A stretch of 64,000 bases of DNA from Podarcis liolepis (Eukaryota), in NCBI GenBank assembly GCA_965112155.1, contig OZ218108.1. One strand, written 5' to 3'. The notes under the pieces are model-generated. The model had not been told where the DNA came from. It worked only from the letters and a program-made list of their open reading frames with translations, and searched no databases. A program made the position numbers and the translations under genes. Every line of letters begins with the position of its first letter. Position 1 is the first letter of the stretch. Below are positions 61,471 through 64,000 of this stretch, piece by piece.

Positions 61471-63341
61471 AACTAACAGTCTTGTACCCAACATTCCTTG
61501 GAAATTCTAAGCAACCGACGAAAGCAATGCAGTTTTGAAAGCTTCATTCCACCATCTTGTTTCAAAATGACATCCAGTTGTATCAAAGCATAGACCAAAA
61601 CCTGCTACTTGATCTCAGGAACAGTCATGCAAAATTTGGTTACAATATCTTAAGAGGTGTTCAAACAATTTCCCGTAATATACTGCAGACAAGTGCTAAA
61701 ACCACACCTAATTTAGCCAGAGTAAGTTGGGGAAAGATTACAGCCATGTCTCCTAAGCGAGGAAGAAATAACTTGACATCTAGTCCAGAGCATTTGAAAC
61801 AGCTACCAAGGTTGACTGAAGAAGAGGAACATACAAGAGGGCAGCATCGTTGAACTGTTCACTTGGGTTATTGCCCATTCTGTGCCGTAAGCAATAGGGT
61901 AAATCCTGTCTTTAGCTATGCGAGATGAAAAGTCTATTTGAAGTTGGAGTCTGTGGCTCCCTTTTTCACAGTAAATTGACCTTGTGCAGCACTGCCAATG
62001 TCATAATGCTTGGCTTTATCTTGGCTGAGAGAAAGAAAAAAAACGCAAACTGCTTCTGCATGATTAGTTCTGCCACTTCAAACGTGTTTCTTCCGAGTCG
62101 GCTTCCACACTTGCTGCTAGAGATACATGCCACTGAGAAACTCTAATCTTCCTTGGAACGTCTGGGATTTCAGTAACTCTTTACTCACCAAGCTGAAAAT
62201 GCAGGCGCTCAGGGGACTCAGACAGAGAATTTTCAATAGTGTGATATTTATTGATTGATCAAAGGTATGAGTCAGATCTCTCTCAAAAATACACAAGGTT
62301 CTGGATTGTTGTTTTTTAAAAAAAACTGCACAAACTTCGTAAACTAAATCAACTATCAGTTAAAACATAAAACACACAAGAACAGAATGGAACAAAGAAA
62401 ATCCAAAACCAGTTGGAGAGTTAGGTAGTCAACTTGGGCAGCTGATTTTGGGTGTTACGAAAGGGCAATGGCTCCAATTCTTTTTATTTTATTTTTTCTG
62501 CCCTCGCAATCCCACACACAATGCCACACACATTGTCATGCATGTTCATTTTACATGTTATGATGTCCAAAAGGACTTTTAACATTTAATGTGCCCAGTT
62601 AAAATTCCACATGCACAAGGCAGAGGAAACGGTTTACAGCCAGAGAGGTTTGTCCCCCCCCCCCCCTGAAAATGTCACTCAGATTTCTTTTAGGGAACTC
62701 AGCCCAATGAAATGATAAACCTTGGTTGCCTTTGTAAATCACATGTCTGCCTTCATTCAGAATCCATCCGTTGTGCCCTTCAAGTGCATCCAGACCTGGT
62801 GACTGTGCAGCTTTATGAATTACTGACTTATAATGATTTTCCCTCTTTCTTGGGGAACTAGAGCAGCAGTAACAAGCTGAACATGACAAGTATTTAAAAA
62901 TAAATTGTGCTCATTTCATGGGGTGAAATACACAGAAGGAGGAGGGATGAAGGCAGATGCGAAAGCTGAATGTTTTCAGTTATTTTTGATCACTAAAGGG
63001 CAGCATTCACTCAGATGTTTGCAAGCTATACTGAAAAGATGGAGTGCTTGCATTCATTTCTTTTAATGGAGCCTACACAGGCCAGGTGGCCAATCACCCA
63101 TCAACACCACCACCACCCCAAAAAAGTACAAAAGGGGACACATAACATTTAAGTATGCTAATTTATTGCTATGGACTAGGGATAGCCAGTGAGGTGATCT
63201 GCTGTTAAACTCCAACTCCTATCATCCCTGGCTGTTGGTCAGGATTGCTAGGGCTAAGGGAAATCGGCATCCAAGAACCTCTGGAGAACACCAAGTTGGG
63301 GAATGCTGATCTAGAAATATTTAATGTAATAGAATAGAAAT

Positions 63342-63676
63342 GGGACGTGGGTGGTGCTGTGGGTTAAAGCACAGAGCCTAGGACTTGCTGATCAGAAGGT
63401 CGGCGGTTCGAATCCCCACAACGGAGTGAGCTCCTGTTGCTCGGTCCCTGCTCCTGTCAACCTAGCAGTTCAAAAGCACGTCAAAGTGCAAGTAGATAAA
63501 TAGGTACTGCTCCGGCGGGAAGGTAAATGGCGTTCTGGTTTGCCAGAAGCGGCTTAGTCATGCTGGCCACATGACCTGGAAGCTGTACGCCGGCTCCCTC
63601 GGCCAATAAAGCGAGATGAGCGCCGCAACCCCAGAGTCGGCCACAACTGGACCTAATGGCTCTCTTTACCTTTACC
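63342..63676 (+). mobile_element. Sauria SINE (Squam1/POM-type), near full length
   Basis: 'gggacgtgggtggtgctgtgggttaaa..ggttcgaatcccc..gtagataaatagg..' with a (TTTACC)n tail. Confidence 0.92.
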
Positions 63677-64000
63677 AATACATCTCATGATAGTCAGAAG
63701 GGAAGACTCTGTTCAGGTGGCCAATGTGCCTGCTAGGTCTGTTCTCCAAGTGTTAAGCATCAATGGGCAACTTCAAGACCCTTCCTTCTCTCCCTTCTGA
63801 GGTTTATTCATATTTAAACCAAACTTGGACCACTCAGTCCTTTACATAGAGGACTCTTTCAAACAGAGGACTGTCCTCTTTAAAGTAGGACACATGGACA
63901 CCCTCTGTACCTGGAGGACTGCTGTCTGCAGGAGCTGAAAAGTTGGAATGTAACGCGGTGAAAGCTGCTACCTGACAAAGAAGTCTATGTATCAAAAGAT

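Overview
Vertebrate nuclear DNA, almost certainly a lacertid lizard, judged from Sauria/Squam1 SINEs, a young (CTT)n-tailed Squam3-like SINE family and lizard-type CR1/L2/BovB ends. I find no recognisable host protein-coding exon, rRNA, true tRNA or CRISPR array. The window looks like a very long intron or gene desert. Many retroelement fragments (CR1, L2, RTE/BovB, Rex1, solo LTRs, SINEs) and non-autonomous DNA transposons (hAT, Tc1/mariner-Tigger, Harbinger-like) alternate with repeat-free, homeobox-motif-rich blocks that look like conserved non-coding elements. The only ORFs with clear protein homology are retrotransposon ORF2 pieces, the longest being an uninterrupted 5'-truncated L2 RT (34291-35911, -) and a Rex1/Babar C-terminus (56585-57211, +). 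There is one assembly gap (34010-34140). I cannot support a new biological system from this sequence. The best leads are a splice-signal-bounded 63-nt segment with an AG|GT junction in a putative conserved block (5988-6050), a SINE-BovB composite inside one 13-bp TSD, two unrelated solo LTRs with the same CTTAC target, and an intact Rex1 fragment. Family names come from recalled consensus sequences, not database searches. Coordinates of old degraded repeats are approximate.
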